A stretch of 64,000 bases of DNA, from assembly GCA_963749445.1 (NCBI GenBank), contig CAVVMJ010000005.1:34915-98914 (forward strand). The letters are read 5' to 3'. The notes under the pieces were generated by a model. It saw nothing but the letters and a program-made list of their open reading frames with translations. It had not been told where the DNA came from and did not search any database. The DNA comes from an uncultured bacterium. GTDB lineage: Bacteria; Patescibacteriota; Doudnabacteria; UBA920. Every line of letters starts with the position of its first letter. The stretch's first letter is position 1. Position numbers and translations under genes: made by a program. Below are positions 12,034 through 22,154 of the stretch, piece after piece.

Positions 12034-13926
12034 ATGTGTGGCATAGTAGGTTATATCGGTAAAAAACAAGCTTTGCCAATCCTTTTGCAAGGATTGCGCG
12101 ATTTGGAATATCGCGGTTACGACAGTGCCGGGATAGCGGTTCTTGATGATGGAAAAATCGATAGAGTTCGCGAAGTCGGTAAAGTGGATATGTTGGTTAA
12201 AAAAATAAGTGAAATTGCGAGGAGTGCATCCGACGAAGCAATCCCGGCAAAGCACCCCGGGACTGCTTCGGCCGCACTCGCAGTTTCCATCCGCGGCACA
12301 ATCGGTATAGCCCACACGCGCTGGGCCACGCACGGCGGGGTGACCGAAGCAAACGCGCATCCGCACGTGGTCGGCAAGGGCAAGATGGCCTTGGTTCATA
12401 ACGGGATAATAGAAAATTACCGGGAAATAAAAAAACAGCTCAAAGACCAGAATTTAAAATCGGAAACCGACACCGAAGTTTTGGCGGAATTAATTTACGA
12501 AAACTATGACGGCGATTTAACGCAGGCCGTAAAAAAAGCGCTGCTAAAAGTCCGCGGCACGTACGGGATTTTGGTTTTGCACGCGGACCATCCCAACCAG
12601 CTGGTGGCCGCGCGCCTCGGGAGCCCTTTGTGCGTGGGAATCGGAGACGGGGAATTTTTTGTGGCCAGCGACGTTACGCCGCTGCTCCCCTACACCAAGC
12701 AGGTTACGTTTTTGGATGACGGCGAAATCGCCAACATTGGCAACGGCAACGGGTTAAAAATTACCAACCTAAAAGACGAAGTCATCATTAAAAATATTAC
12801 CCAAATAGACTGGGACAAGGCCAAGGCGCAAAAGGGCGGTTTTGAGCATTTTATGCTCAAGGAAATTTTTGACCAGCCCACAGTGTTTGAAGACGCCATC
12901 CGCGGCAGGCTGGATATGAACGAAGGCACGGCCAGGCTCGGCGGGTTGAATATGACGCCGGATCAGATGCGCGAAATAAAGAGGGTAATGATTATTGCCG
13001 AAGGCACGGCGCGGCATGCCGGGCTTATTGCCAAATACGCGTTTGAACGTTTGGCCAACCTGCCGACGGAAGTGGATTTTTCGTCCGAATTCCGTTATCG
13101 CGACCCGGTGGTCAATAAAAGCATGCTGGTATTCGTGATTTCTCAGTCCGGCGAAACCGCGGACACGTTAATGGCCGCGCGCGAGGCCAAACGCAAGGGC
13201 GCGGTTGTGCGCGGAATAATAAACGTGGTAGGTTCCACCATCGCGCGGGAAACCAAAGGCGGCACTTACATTCACGCCGGTCCCGAACTTGCCGTGGCCT
13301 CCACCAAGGCTTTTACCAATATGGTTGCGGTAATGATGTTGTATGCTTTGCAGTTCGGGCGGATTAAACACACTTCCGTGGCTACCGGCCAGCGGCTGCT
13401 CCAGGGGCTTTTGGAAATACCGGAAAAGATGAATTTAGTTCTAAAGCAGAACAACGGGATAAAAAAAATCGCCGACCAGTATCAGTCGTATAAAAATATT
13501 TTGTTTATGGGGCGAGGCATAAATTATCCGGTGGCTTTGGAAGGTGCATTGAAACTTAAGGAGATTTCTTATATTCATGCCGAAGGCTATGCCGGTGGGG
13601 AAATGAAGCACGGGCCATTGGCTTTGGTGAGTAAAGACGTGCCGGTGGTGGCGATTTTAAGCAAAGATCAGCTATACGAAAAAATGAAAAGTAGCATCCA
13701 GGAAGTCCGCGCCCGCGGCGCCCGCACTTTGATTATCGCTACAGCGGGAGATGATGAAGCCAAGGAAGTTGCGGACGAAATAATTTACGTTCCCGACACT
13801 ATGGAATTGCTTGAACCTTTGTTAAATACCATCCCCTTACAATTATTCGCCTACCACATCGCCGTCGTTTTAGGTAGAGACGTAGATCGCCCAAGAAATT
13901 TGGCCAAGAGCGTAACAGTTGAATAA
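12034..13926 (+). CDS. glmS: Glutamine--fructose-6-phosphate aminotransferase
   Basis: It starts MCGIVGY (N-terminal nucleophile Cys2) and has two SIS domains. The length is typical. Confidence 0.9.
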   Translation: MCGIVGYIGKKQALPILLQGLRDLEYRGYDSAGIAVLDDGKIDRVREVGKVDMLVKKISEIARSASDEAIPAKHPGTASAALAVSIRGTIGIAHTRWATHGGVTEANAHPHVVGKGKMALVHNGIIENYREIKKQLKDQNLKSETDTEVLAELIYENYDGDLTQAVKKALLKVRGTYGILVLHADHPNQLVAARLGSPLCVGIGDGEFFVASDVTPLLPYTKQVTFLDDGEIANIGNGNGLKITNLKDEVIIKNITQIDWDKAKAQKGGFEHFMLKEIFDQPTVFEDAIRGRLDMNEGTARLGGLNMTPDQMREIKRVMIIAEGTARHAGLIAKYAFERLANLPTEVDFSSEFRYRDPVVNKSMLVFVISQSGETADTLMAAREAKRKGAVVRGIINVVGSTIARETKGGTYIHAGPELAVASTKAFTNMVAVMMLYALQFGRIKHTSVATGQRLLQGLLEIPEKMNLVLKQNNGIKKIADQYQSYKNILFMGRGINYPVALEGALKLKEISYIHAEGYAGGEMKHGPLALVSKDVPVVAILSKDQLYEKMKSSIQEVRARGARTLIIATAGDDEAKEVADEIIYVPDTMELLEPLLNTIPLQLFAYHIAVVLGRDVDRPRNLAKSVTVE

Positions 13927-13932
13927 CCGCGG

Positions 13933-14075
13933 AGCTTTCTCCCCCTTCTTGTCCGCCGTAGCTTTAGCGAAGGAGGATGGGGGAGATGTCCCGAAGGGAC
14001 AGAGAGGGTGCAGTATGTAGTGCAGGCCCTCGGCCTGCCTGTAGCGCGCCGATCCCGTGTCAAGCACGGGACAAG
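13933..14075. repeat. Cluster of GC-rich palindromic elements (families 1 and 2 modules) between glmS and tdh
   Basis: TCTCCCCC...GGGGGAGATGTCCCGAAGGGACAGAGAGGGTG plus GTCCGCCGTAGCTTTAGCGAAGGAGG. The latter is the reverse complement of a block inside tdh at about 14985-15015. The cluster also spuriously extends the tdh ORF upstream. Confidence 0.5.
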
Positions 14076-14105
14076 TTTATCGGCCCCCCATTGATTAACT
14101 TTTTT

Positions 14106-15542
14106 ATGAAAGCATTAATATTTGATAAAAATAAAACCAACTGGGAAACCTCGCGCGGGTTTGAGTTGGTGGACGTGCCCGAGCCGGTTTTGGGTGTGGG
14201 AGATGAGGATAAAATTATTATCAAAGTCGCTTATGCCGGCGTGTGCGGTACGGATAAGGGGATTTGGAATAGGCAGGCGTTTAAGGACGCGGTGTTAAGT
14301 TCCATAGACGCGGAAGAAACGCGGAATTTAACGCGGAAAGATACGGAATCAAAAATTCCTGTCATTGCGAGTGCAGCCGAAGCAATCTTATCCAAGGAAA
14401 AGATTGCTTCGTCGGCTAGCCAAAGCCCTGGCCTCCTCGCAATGACACAGAAGAAAACCTACCGCATCATCGGCCACGAATTCTTCGGCGAAGTTAAGGA
14501 AGTTGGATCGTCAATAAAAAATATTAAGCCTGGAGACTTTGTGGCATGCGAGTCGCACGTGGTTTGCAATAAGTGCTACCAGTGTTTGCACGGGCAAAAG
14601 AATGTTTGCACTAATGAAAAAATACTTGGGATTTCGGTAGACGGCGGGTTTGCGGAATTTGCCAAAGTGCCGGCACAGGTTACGTGGAAAACCGATACTT
14701 CCAAAATCCGCCCCGAAGTGGCGGCCATGCAGGAACCTTTTGGCAACGCGGTGCACGCCGCAAGCAAAGTGGACGTAAAAGGAAAAACCGTCGCGATTTT
14801 TGGCCTGGGACCGATTGGAATGTTTTTAACTATCATTTTAAAAGGTCTGGGCGCGTCGTCAATAATCGGTATAGAGCCAAATCCCATTGCGGAAGATATG
14901 GCAAAGAAGTTGGGGATTGATTATGTAATTCCTTTGCGCACCACCCCGTCGGCTAACGCCGCCACCCCTCCCAAGCTCGGAGGGGAAGCTCCCGCCTTCG
15001 CTAAAGCTTCGGCGGACAAGCCGCGGTTATCCGCATCATCCGAAAAAGTGCGGAGCTTCTCCTCCTTGTTAAAGGAGGAGTACCCCGCGCAGCGGGGGGA
15101 GGTGGTTGGAGTTGATACAAAGCCTTACGCTCACAACCCCGCCGTCGCCGAAGAAATTAAAAAAATCACAGGCGGGTTGGGCGTTGACGTGGCGTTTGAA
15201 ATGGCCGGGTTTAATTCTTCGGTAAACAATGCCATCGCTTCCGTCAGGCGCGGCGGGGACGTAATTTTATTTGGTTTAAAGAACGGGGATTTTGTGTTTG
15301 AGGATTACAATCGTCTGGTTATGAAAGGTATTACTATGCACTGCGTAGCCGGTCGGCAGATTTGGCAGACCTGGGACATCACCAAATCGCTGATGGAAAA
15401 TGTTTCCAACGGCGTCCAGGAAAAACTTTTCAACGTTATTTTAGACCGCGGTCACGGGACAATCTTACCCATAGCCGATTATACAAAGGAAAAGTTTGAA
15501 GAGATGATGGTTAAACACCCTAAATTTTTATTACAATTTTAA
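14106..15542 (+). CDS. tdh: Zinc-dependent L-threonine 3-dehydrogenase-like alcohol dehydrogenase, with two in-frame repeat-element insertions
   Basis: The GHEFFGEV and Cys-rich structural zinc region (CESHVVCNKCYQCLHGQKNVC) are present, with the Rossmann GLGPIG. Insert 1 (14306..14445) and insert 2 (14938..15113) are palindromic elements translated in frame. The protein is about 480 aa versus the usual about 340. Confidence 0.7.
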   Translation: MKALIFDKNKTNWETSRGFELVDVPEPVLGVGDEDKIIIKVAYAGVCGTDKGIWNRQAFKDAVLSSIDAEETRNLTRKDTESKIPVIASAAEAILSKEKIASSASQSPGLLAMTQKKTYRIIGHEFFGEVKEVGSSIKNIKPGDFVACESHVVCNKCYQCLHGQKNVCTNEKILGISVDGGFAEFAKVPAQVTWKTDTSKIRPEVAAMQEPFGNAVHAASKVDVKGKTVAIFGLGPIGMFLTIILKGLGASSIIGIEPNPIAEDMAKKLGIDYVIPLRTTPSANAATPPKLGGEAPAFAKASADKPRLSASSEKVRSFSSLLKEEYPAQRGEVVGVDTKPYAHNPAVAEEIKKITGGLGVDVAFEMAGFNSSVNNAIASVRRGGDVILFGLKNGDFVFEDYNRLVMKGITMHCVAGRQIWQTWDITKSLMENVSNGVQEKLFNVILDRGHGTILPIADYTKEKFEEMMVKHPKFLLQF

Positions 15543-15550
15543 TTAATAAT

Positions 15551-15907
15551 ATGACAATAATTGGAAAAAGACCAGAAATTTTTGTTGTACCTGATCCAGA
15601 GTCAATAACGCCGAGGGCAATTTTAAAAATTAACCCAACGGCGGAGTCATTTTTAAGATCCCTGGGTGCCGAAATAACAGATAGTAAAATAATTTTAAAT
15701 CCGAAATCCGGAAACAATAGCTATCTTATTGCAAATATAGGATTTACTGACGCAGGCAAAGAAAGCGAGGTTGATCTTATTGAGGTAAAAATGAGGAATA
15801 AAAATTGTATTATAGTCTACAGACGTAATCGAGACACGAAAGGGATAATAGATGACAGGTATGAGTATGAACCAGAATCAGGATTATTTAAAAGAATAGA
15901 ATTTTAA
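15551..15907 (+). CDS. Hypothetical protein (AT-rich ORF inserted between tdh and kbl)
   Basis: 118 aa with no recognisable motif. Its local composition is much more AT-rich than the flanking genes. Confidence 0.3.
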   Translation: MTIIGKRPEIFVVPDPESITPRAILKINPTAESFLRSLGAEITDSKIILNPKSGNNSYLIANIGFTDAGKESEVDLIEVKMRNKNCIIVYRRNRDTKGIIDDRYEYEPESGLFKRIEF

Positions 15908-15918
15908 TTTTAATTTTT

Positions 15919-16479
15919 ATGTTTTTAAACTATAAAAAACAATTTGAAAATGAACTTAAAGAAATCCGTGACAGCGGAATGTGGAAAGATGTGGGGGTGC
16001 TGGAAGGAAAACAGGGGACGGAAGTCAAGATGGGCGGAAAGATTTTGCTGAATTTTTGCGCCAACAATTATCTTGGGCTCGCATCGTCAGACGAACTCGC
16101 GCAGGCGGCTATTGATGGCGTAAAAAAATATGGCTTCGGTGAGGCATCCGTTCGCTTTATAGTCGGTACGTCAACCATCCACAAAGATTTGGAAAGCGAG
16201 ATTTGCAAGTTTTTTGGCACGGAAGACGCGATTACTTATACTTCGTGCTTTGATGCGAATACGGGATTGTTTGAAACAATTTTAAAGGAAGGTGACGCGG
16301 TGTTTAGCGATGAGTTGAATCACGCATCAATAATCGACGGTATTAGGTTGTGCAAGGCGGAAAGGTTTAGGTATAAAAATTCGGAGATGGAAGATTTGGA
16401 GAGTAAACTCGTTGAGTTTACTTCGCGGAAAACGCGGAATCTGACGCGGGAGGACGCGGAAAGGAACCCCGGATGCTAA
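15919..16479 (+). CDS. kbl: 2-amino-3-ketobutyrate CoA ligase (glycine C-acetyltransferase), N-terminal part of a split gene
   Basis: The N-terminal AOS-family sequence is followed up to [12 protein letters not shown] repeat element (16424..16465, translated [14 protein letters not shown]) then leads to a stop. Confidence 0.65.
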   Translation: MFLNYKKQFENELKEIRDSGMWKDVGVLEGKQGTEVKMGGKILLNFCANNYLGLASSDELAQAAIDGVKKYGFGEASVRFIVGTSTIHKDLESEICKFFGTEDAITYTSCFDANTGLFETILKEGDAVFSDELNHASIIDGIRLCKAERFRYKNSEMEDLESKLVEFTSRKTRNLTREDAERNPGC

Positions 16480-17144
16480 TCGCGACTGACGGTGTGTTTT
16501 CTATGGATGGGATTACCGCTAAAGTAAAAGAAATTTGCGATTTGGCGGATAAATACGGGGCAATGGTTATGGTAGACGACAGCCACGCCAGCGGGGTGTT
16601 GGGAAAGCTCGGCCGGGGAAGCGTTGAAGGGTTAATGGACCGCGTGGATATTTTAACTTCAACTTTCGGCAAAGCCTTGGGTGGCGCCGGCGGCGGGTTT
16701 ACGGCCGGACGCAAGGAAATAATCCAGGTGCTTCACCAGCGCAGCCGCACGACTTTGTTCAGTAATTCTTTGCCGCCAATGATTGCCGCGGCCGCTTTGT
16801 TTGTTTTGCAGAATTTTGATAAGAAATTCATCAAGCTGACAAAACAATTACAGGAGAATACTGTTTATTTCAGGTCGAGGATGGAAAAATTGGGTTTCAA
16901 ACTCGGTGGAGACGGCAAACACGCGATTACGCCCGTGATGCTGATGGAAGAAAAATTGGCAACCGAAATGGCCGGCAAGTTATTTGCGGAAGGAATTTAC
17001 GTGCGTGGGTTCACTTATCCGGTAGTGCCCAAAGGAAAAGCGCGCATCCGCGTTCAGATATCGGCCGCGCACACTAAGGAACAAATGGACAAAGCCGCAG
17101 CCGCGTTTGCCGAAGTCGGGAAACAGATGGGGATTATTAAATAG
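16473..17144 (+). CDS. kbl: 2-amino-3-ketobutyrate CoA ligase, C-terminal part (PLP-lysine region), in a different frame
   Basis: It starts [13 protein letters not shown] and includes the [11 protein letters not shown]-binding lysine region. It overlaps the upstream part by 7 nt. AAAGGAA lies shortly upstream of its ATG. Confidence 0.65.
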   Translation: MLIATDGVFSMDGITAKVKEICDLADKYGAMVMVDDSHASGVLGKLGRGSVEGLMDRVDILTSTFGKALGGAGGGFTAGRKEIIQVLHQRSRTTLFSNSLPPMIAAAALFVLQNFDKKFIKLTKQLQENTVYFRSRMEKLGFKLGGDGKHAITPVMLMEEKLATEMAGKLFAEGIYVRGFTYPVVPKGKARIRVQISAAHTKEQMDKAAAAFAEVGKQMGIIK

Positions 17145-17252
17145 TATGTAGTGTGCCGATCGATTGGTTTTAGTCTGCAGCCCTTCTCCCCCTTTGGGGG
17201 AGATGCCGAGTGCATCCGAGGCAGAGAAGGTGCAGTGTAGTCTGTTAATTTT

Positions 17253-19307
17253 ATGCAACTATCAGAATTCAAAAAATTATACCAAGCCTCCATTTCCGAC
17301 CCGGAAGGCTTTTGGGCGAAAACCGCATCGGAAGGAATCGAGTGGTCCAAAAAGTGGGACAAGGTTTTTGAATGGAATTACCCAAATTACCAATGGTTTT
17401 TGGGAGGCAAGTTAAACGTTACTTACAATTGTTTGGATAGGCATATTAAGGCGGGCTTGGGAGAAAAGATTGCCTATGTTTATACAAATGAAAATTATGA
17501 AAGAACAATTACCACGTATCGGGAATTACTTAGTCAGGTTAATAAGTTTGCAAACGGCTTGAAATCGCTCGGCGTAAAAAAGGGCGATAAGGTAGTTTTG
17601 TATATGCCGCTGGTAATTGAGCAGATTGTCGCCATGCTCGCCTGTGCGCGCATCGGCGCAATCCATAGCGTGGTGTTTGCGGGTTTTAGCGATAAAGCTT
17701 TGCGGGACAGAATTATCGATTTGCAGGCCAAAGTTATAGTTACTGCGACGTGGACATTGCGCCGCGGCGCGAAAAAAGAGTTAAAGTCCACGGTGGAAGA
17801 GGCGGTGAAGGGGTTGGGGTTTGTGGAGCGGGTAATTGTTTTGGATCGCGGTATAGAAAGTGTGAATTTTGCCATTCCGAGTGAGGCTTTAGCCGAGTCG
17901 AGGAATCTGCCAAATAAGGGAACGGATAGATCCCTCCACTCCTCCGCCTCCGCCAAGGCTATGGCGGACAAGTCGGATGCACTCGTCGGTCGGGAGGGTA
18001 CTAATAAAGAAATTGATTATCATCAGCTTATCGTAAACCAAAACGAAACCTGCGAACCGGAAATAATGGATAGCGAGGATGTTTTGTTTATCCTGTACAC
18101 TTCCGGCTCCACCGGCAAGCCCAAAGGCATTGTCCATACAACCGGCGGCTACAGCATTTACGCGCATTATACTACAAAAAAGGTATTTGATTTAAAATCA
18201 GCTGACATCTTTTGGTGCACTGCTGATCCCGGCTGGATAACCGGCCACAGCTATTTGGTTTACGGGCCGCTCTCCAACGGTTTGAGATCGGTCATCGCCG
18301 AAGGAGTGCCGGACTACCCAACACCGGACCATTGGTATAAAATTATAGAACAGGAAAAAGTCACTGTTTTTTATACTTCGCCGACGGCCATTAGAATGCT
18401 CCGCAAATACGGCGAGCGGCATCCCAAAAAACACAATCTAGCTTCCTTAAGGATTTTAGGCACGGTCGGTGAACCCATTAACCCTGAAGTCTGGCAATGG
18501 TATAATCAATATATCGGAAACGGCAAGTGCCCCATAGTTGACACCTGGTGGCAAACCGAAACCGGCGGGCAAATGATAACCACTTTTCCCGGTTTGCCGC
18601 AAAAACCCGGAATTGCGGGTTTACCGTTTTTTGGGATAGAAGCGGAAGTGGTAAACAAAGAAGGTAAAAGCGTGCCCGCGGGAGAAAAAGGATTTTTAAT
18701 TATCAAAAAACCCTGGCCCGGAGCTTTGCGGAATTGTTTGAATGACGCTGGTCGGTTTAATCAATATTGGAATGAAATCAAAGGCGTCTACCCCCACACC
18801 AATAAGTTGGGGTACGAAAGTCCGGCTGATAATTATCAATCAGAGACTAATCAAAAATTAAAGAGCATACAAAACGGTTATGGTGTGGGGGTGTATTTTA
18901 CCGGCGACTTTGCCATTAAGGACAAAGACGGCTATATCCAAATTTTGGGAAGATCGGACGACGTGATAAATATTTCCGGGCACCGGATAGGGACCGCGGA
19001 AGTTGAGAACGCGCTGGTATCGCATAAGGATGTTTCCGAGGCTGCGGTTATTGCCAAACCCGATGAGATTAAAGGCGAAAAGATCAAGGCGTTTATAGTG
19101 CTTAAAGCATCTGTTTTGGCCGATGAAGGGCTGATTAAAGACATTAAGCGGCATATGCGCCGCGAAATCGCGGCCATGGCCGTGCCAGACGAAATTGAAT
19201 TTGTGGATGCGCTGCCCAAAACCCGTAGCGGAAAAATAATGAGGAGAGTGCTTAAGGCAAAAGAATTGGGGTTAGGCACCGGAGATTTGTCGGTGCTAGA
19301 CAGGTAG
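17253..19307 (+). CDS. acs: Acetyl-CoA synthetase (AMP-forming), with an in-frame palindromic insertion
   Basis: YTSGSTGKPKG AMP-binding motif and C-terminal SGKIMRR. An insert at 17931..17998 is translated ...DRSLHSSASAKAMADKSDALVGREG... Confidence 0.85.
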   Translation: MQLSEFKKLYQASISDPEGFWAKTASEGIEWSKKWDKVFEWNYPNYQWFLGGKLNVTYNCLDRHIKAGLGEKIAYVYTNENYERTITTYRELLSQVNKFANGLKSLGVKKGDKVVLYMPLVIEQIVAMLACARIGAIHSVVFAGFSDKALRDRIIDLQAKVIVTATWTLRRGAKKELKSTVEEAVKGLGFVERVIVLDRGIESVNFAIPSEALAESRNLPNKGTDRSLHSSASAKAMADKSDALVGREGTNKEIDYHQLIVNQNETCEPEIMDSEDVLFILYTSGSTGKPKGIVHTTGGYSIYAHYTTKKVFDLKSADIFWCTADPGWITGHSYLVYGPLSNGLRSVIAEGVPDYPTPDHWYKIIEQEKVTVFYTSPTAIRMLRKYGERHPKKHNLASLRILGTVGEPINPEVWQWYNQYIGNGKCPIVDTWWQTETGGQMITTFPGLPQKPGIAGLPFFGIEAEVVNKEGKSVPAGEKGFLIIKKPWPGALRNCLNDAGRFNQYWNEIKGVYPHTNKLGYESPADNYQSETNQKLKSIQNGYGVGVYFTGDFAIKDKDGYIQILGRSDDVINISGHRIGTAEVENALVSHKDVSEAAVIAKPDEIKGEKIKAFIVLKASVLADEGLIKDIKRHMRREIAAMAVPDEIEFVDALPKTRSGKIMRRVLKAKELGLGTGDLSVLDR

Positions 19308-19426
19308 GGAATAAATTTTTGGGCATAGCGGCCAGTATAGTAGTAAGGCGATGGTAGTAAGGTACTTATAACTTATCACCTATAACTATACCGACGGCTA
19401 TAACTTATAACTAATAACCATCAATC

Positions 19427-20401
19427 ATGAAGAATATAATCATAATAGGCGGGGGGACAGGTACTTTTACTTTATTGTCCGGCTTGCGTAAATATCCATC
19501 CAATAATACGGTAATTGTTAGCAGCGCAGATGATGGCGGCAGTACCGGCATCTTGCGCAAAGAATTGGGCGTGTTTCCGCCCGGGGACATCCGCCAGTGC
19601 CTGGTGGGGCTGTCTTATACCCAGACGGAAATGCAAAAATTGTTTAATTTTCGGTTTGACAAGGGATCGCTCGCTGGGCATACCGCGGGCAATATCATTA
19701 TTGCGGCTCTGGAAAAAATTACCGGCAGCGTGGATTCGGCCATAGAAATCGCGTCCAAAATGCTTAACGTGCGCGGCCGGGTTTTACCGGTAACACTTAA
19801 GCCAGCGCTTTTGTCCGCGGAATTAATCAACGGCAAAAAAATAAGCGGCGAGCATAATATAGACGTAAGACAAAAGCGGCCAAAAATAAAAAGCATTTCC
19901 CTAAAGCCATCCGGGCCAGTTAACCCCAAAGTTTTAAAGGCTTTGGAGGCGGCTGACGCTTTGGTTTTAGGACCGGGGGATTTATATACCAGCATTTTGC
20001 CTAGCTTATTGGTAAGCGGAATTAAGCGTGCCATAGACAGTTCCAAGGCAAAAATAATAATGGTTACAAATATTGTAACCACTCCGGGACAAACCGAAAG
20101 TTTTGGTCCTGCGGATTTTGCGGAAGTGTTAAACAGCCACTTGGGACAAAAAAAATTGGATACTCTGGTGGTAAACACCAAAAAGCCCGCAGCTTTGGCT
20201 CTGGCGGCTTATAAAAAAGAGGGCGCAAAATTTGTTGTGCCGGACGCCGGCGCCGTACGGGGGACTAAAGTCATTTTAGGGGATTTACTGAGCGCCACGG
20301 TGCATAAAAAAGCAAAAGGTGATAAATTAAATACCAGGAGCTTTCTCCGCCACGACAACAACAAGCTGGCGAACGTTATTTGGAAAACGATTAATAATTG
20401 A
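19427..20401 (+). CDS. CofD/YvcK (UPF0052) family protein
   Basis: The N-terminal IIIGGGTGTFTLLSGL and overall architecture match the 2-phospho-L-lactate transferase / gluconeogenesis factor family. Confidence 0.65.
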   Translation: MKNIIIIGGGTGTFTLLSGLRKYPSNNTVIVSSADDGGSTGILRKELGVFPPGDIRQCLVGLSYTQTEMQKLFNFRFDKGSLAGHTAGNIIIAALEKITGSVDSAIEIASKMLNVRGRVLPVTLKPALLSAELINGKKISGEHNIDVRQKRPKIKSISLKPSGPVNPKVLKALEAADALVLGPGDLYTSILPSLLVSGIKRAIDSSKAKIIMVTNIVTTPGQTESFGPADFAEVLNSHLGQKKLDTLVVNTKKPAALALAAYKKEGAKFVVPDAGAVRGTKVILGDLLSATVHKKAKGDKLNTRSFLRHDNNKLANVIWKTINN

Positions 20402-20404
20402 CAT

Positions 20405-20431
20405 TAGTGTCAAGGGTGACCCTTGACACTA
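20405..20431. repeat. Second copy of the 27-bp perfect palindrome TAGTGTCAAGGGTGACCCTTGACACTA
   Basis: Identical half-sites to 4133..4161. It lies 4 nt after the stop of the preceding gene. Confidence 0.5.
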
Positions 20432-20493
20432 CTTAATGCGGATAGCGCTGCTCAGGCGAAGTCCGCGCCATCGCGTATCAGCGAGATAAACAT

Positions 20494-20826
20494 ATGGAAT
20501 TCAAACAAGAAACAATCAAGGAAACCGTTGCCGTTAAAATAACGGCGCACGATGGCGGCAAACAAATCGGCCGGCTGTATCTTTACATTTTAAAGAACGA
20601 TTTGCACAAGGAGCCGTTTGCGTTTTTGGAAGACGTGTTCGTGGAAGAGGAGTTCCGCAAGCACGGCATCGGCAGGCAGCTGGTGCAAAAAGCCATTGAG
20701 GAGGCAAAGATGCAGGGCTGTTACAAGCTAATCGGCAATAGTCGGACTTTTAAGACTGGGGTCCACGCGTTTTACGAAAAACTCGGGATTAAAAAGTGGG
20801 GCTTTGAGTTTAGGATGGATTTATAG
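20494..20826 (+). CDS. GNAT family N-acetyltransferase
   Basis: The acetyl-CoA binding motif RKHGIGRQLVQKAIEEAK lies in a 110-aa protein. Confidence 0.6.
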   Translation: MEFKQETIKETVAVKITAHDGGKQIGRLYLYILKNDLHKEPFAFLEDVFVEEEFRKHGIGRQLVQKAIEEAKMQGCYKLIGNSRTFKTGVHAFYEKLGIKKWGFEFRMDL

Positions 20827-20911
20827 ATCACAGATAGAACGCAAATAGCGCAAATATCGCAGTTCGCGATTAGCGCAATCGGCGATATCAGCGATTAATC
20901 AGCTATCTTAT

Positions 20912-21649
20912 ATGAGGAATCAATTTGTAATACTCGCGGCGGGCAAAGGCACAAGAATGGGGCAAAGCAATGTCCCGAAAGTTTTGGTAATGCTTAAAAA
21001 CAAGCCGTTGATTTTGTACGTCCTGCACGAGATAGAAAAAATCAACCAGCTTATAAAGCCCGTAGTCGTTATGGGATACCAATCGCACAAGGTCCAGGGA
21101 GTTTTGGGCGACGGCTATTTGTTTGCTTATCAGGATAAACAACTCGGCACCGCGCACGCGCTACTTGCGGCCAAGCCAAAGGTCAAGGCGGAAAATATTG
21201 TGGTGCTTAACGGCGATATGCCGTTTATAAAAGCCGAGAGCCTGCGGGAACTTATTAAGATGCATTTCCACAGCGGCAGCAAAATTTCCATGATGACATC
21301 CCAAGTGGAAAATTTCCGCGGCAAATTTGAATCGCTTAAATCTTACGGCCGGATTGTCCGGGATGTCCTGCATAATGTTATCGGCATTATGGAGTTTAAA
21401 GATGCCTCGGCCGCGCAGGCCAAAATTAAAGAAGTCAACCCCGGCATTTATATGTTCAATACCAAATGGCTGTGGGAGAATTTAAAAAAGGTAAATAACC
21501 AAAATGCCCAAAAGGAGTACTATCTTACCGATATTATAGATATAGCCGTTTCCCAGGGCGAACAAATCCGCTCGTTGTTAATCGCGCCTGAGGAAGTTGT
21601 TGGGGTTAACAGCAAGGAAGATTTGGTTGTTGCGGAGAAGTTGCTGTGA
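20912..21649 (+). CDS. Sugar-phosphate nucleotidyltransferase (GlmU N-terminal-like, no acetyltransferase domain)
   Basis: ILAAGKGTRM...PKVL signature and a length of 245 aa. Confidence 0.65.
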   Translation: MRNQFVILAAGKGTRMGQSNVPKVLVMLKNKPLILYVLHEIEKINQLIKPVVVMGYQSHKVQGVLGDGYLFAYQDKQLGTAHALLAAKPKVKAENIVVLNGDMPFIKAESLRELIKMHFHSGSKISMMTSQVENFRGKFESLKSYGRIVRDVLHNVIGIMEFKDASAAQAKIKEVNPGIYMFNTKWLWENLKKVNNQNAQKEYYLTDIIDIAVSQGEQIRSLLIAPEEVVGVNSKEDLVVAEKLL

Positions 21650-21660
21650 CGTTAACACGG

Positions 21661-21775
21661 ATTTACTGATTCATCACGGATCAACGGATGCCTACGGATT
21701 CTGAATATCGGCATCCGTAGGAATCGGTAGATCCGCATCTTGTCCGTAGATCCGTGTTAGACAGACCGGTGGATA
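21661..21775. repeat. MITE-like imperfect palindrome built from TAACACGGAT / ACGGAT / CCGTAG units
   Basis: TTAACACGGATTTAC...GTAGATCCGTGTTAG outer arms. A related element with TTAACACGGAT direct repeats lies at 30455..30560. Confidence 0.45.
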
Positions 21776-21814
21776 TCATACTTTAATTTGCCTTAAACAA
21801 GGCATTTTTTATTG

Positions 21815-21847
21815 CTTGACATAAAAAGTATGATAAAGTATGATAAT
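21815..21847 (+). promoter_or_regulatory. Consensus sigma70 promoter (TTGACA-17-TATGAT) embedded in the repeated AAAAAGTATGATAAAGTATGATA motif
   Basis: Exact -35 and -10 hexamers. The same 22-23-mer recurs at 24164..24186, and partially at 31641..31660 and 23611..23645, each upstream of a gene. Confidence 0.5.
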
Positions 21848-22154
21848 ATATGAAACGGGAGTTTGAGGTCTGCGTTATAAAAGGCAGGTGTGGGAGTCAA
21901 AAACAAAATATTTTCGACCCCGCCATCTGCCTTTTTACACCTTAGTGGCAAGTTGAGGGAGCAAAAAATTGCTGTCATTCCGGAACCCCCCTGTAGGGGG
22001 ATATCCGGAATCTAGATTACCACTTTCACGGAAACGATAAGCATTTTTACTTCCTCAAATTGCCGCTGGTTTGTCCCAGCAGCAAGAGTTCATTCCAAAC
22101 AAAGTAACGGGGGATGGATGTAGTAAAAAATACAACACAGGGAGAATCTAACAG

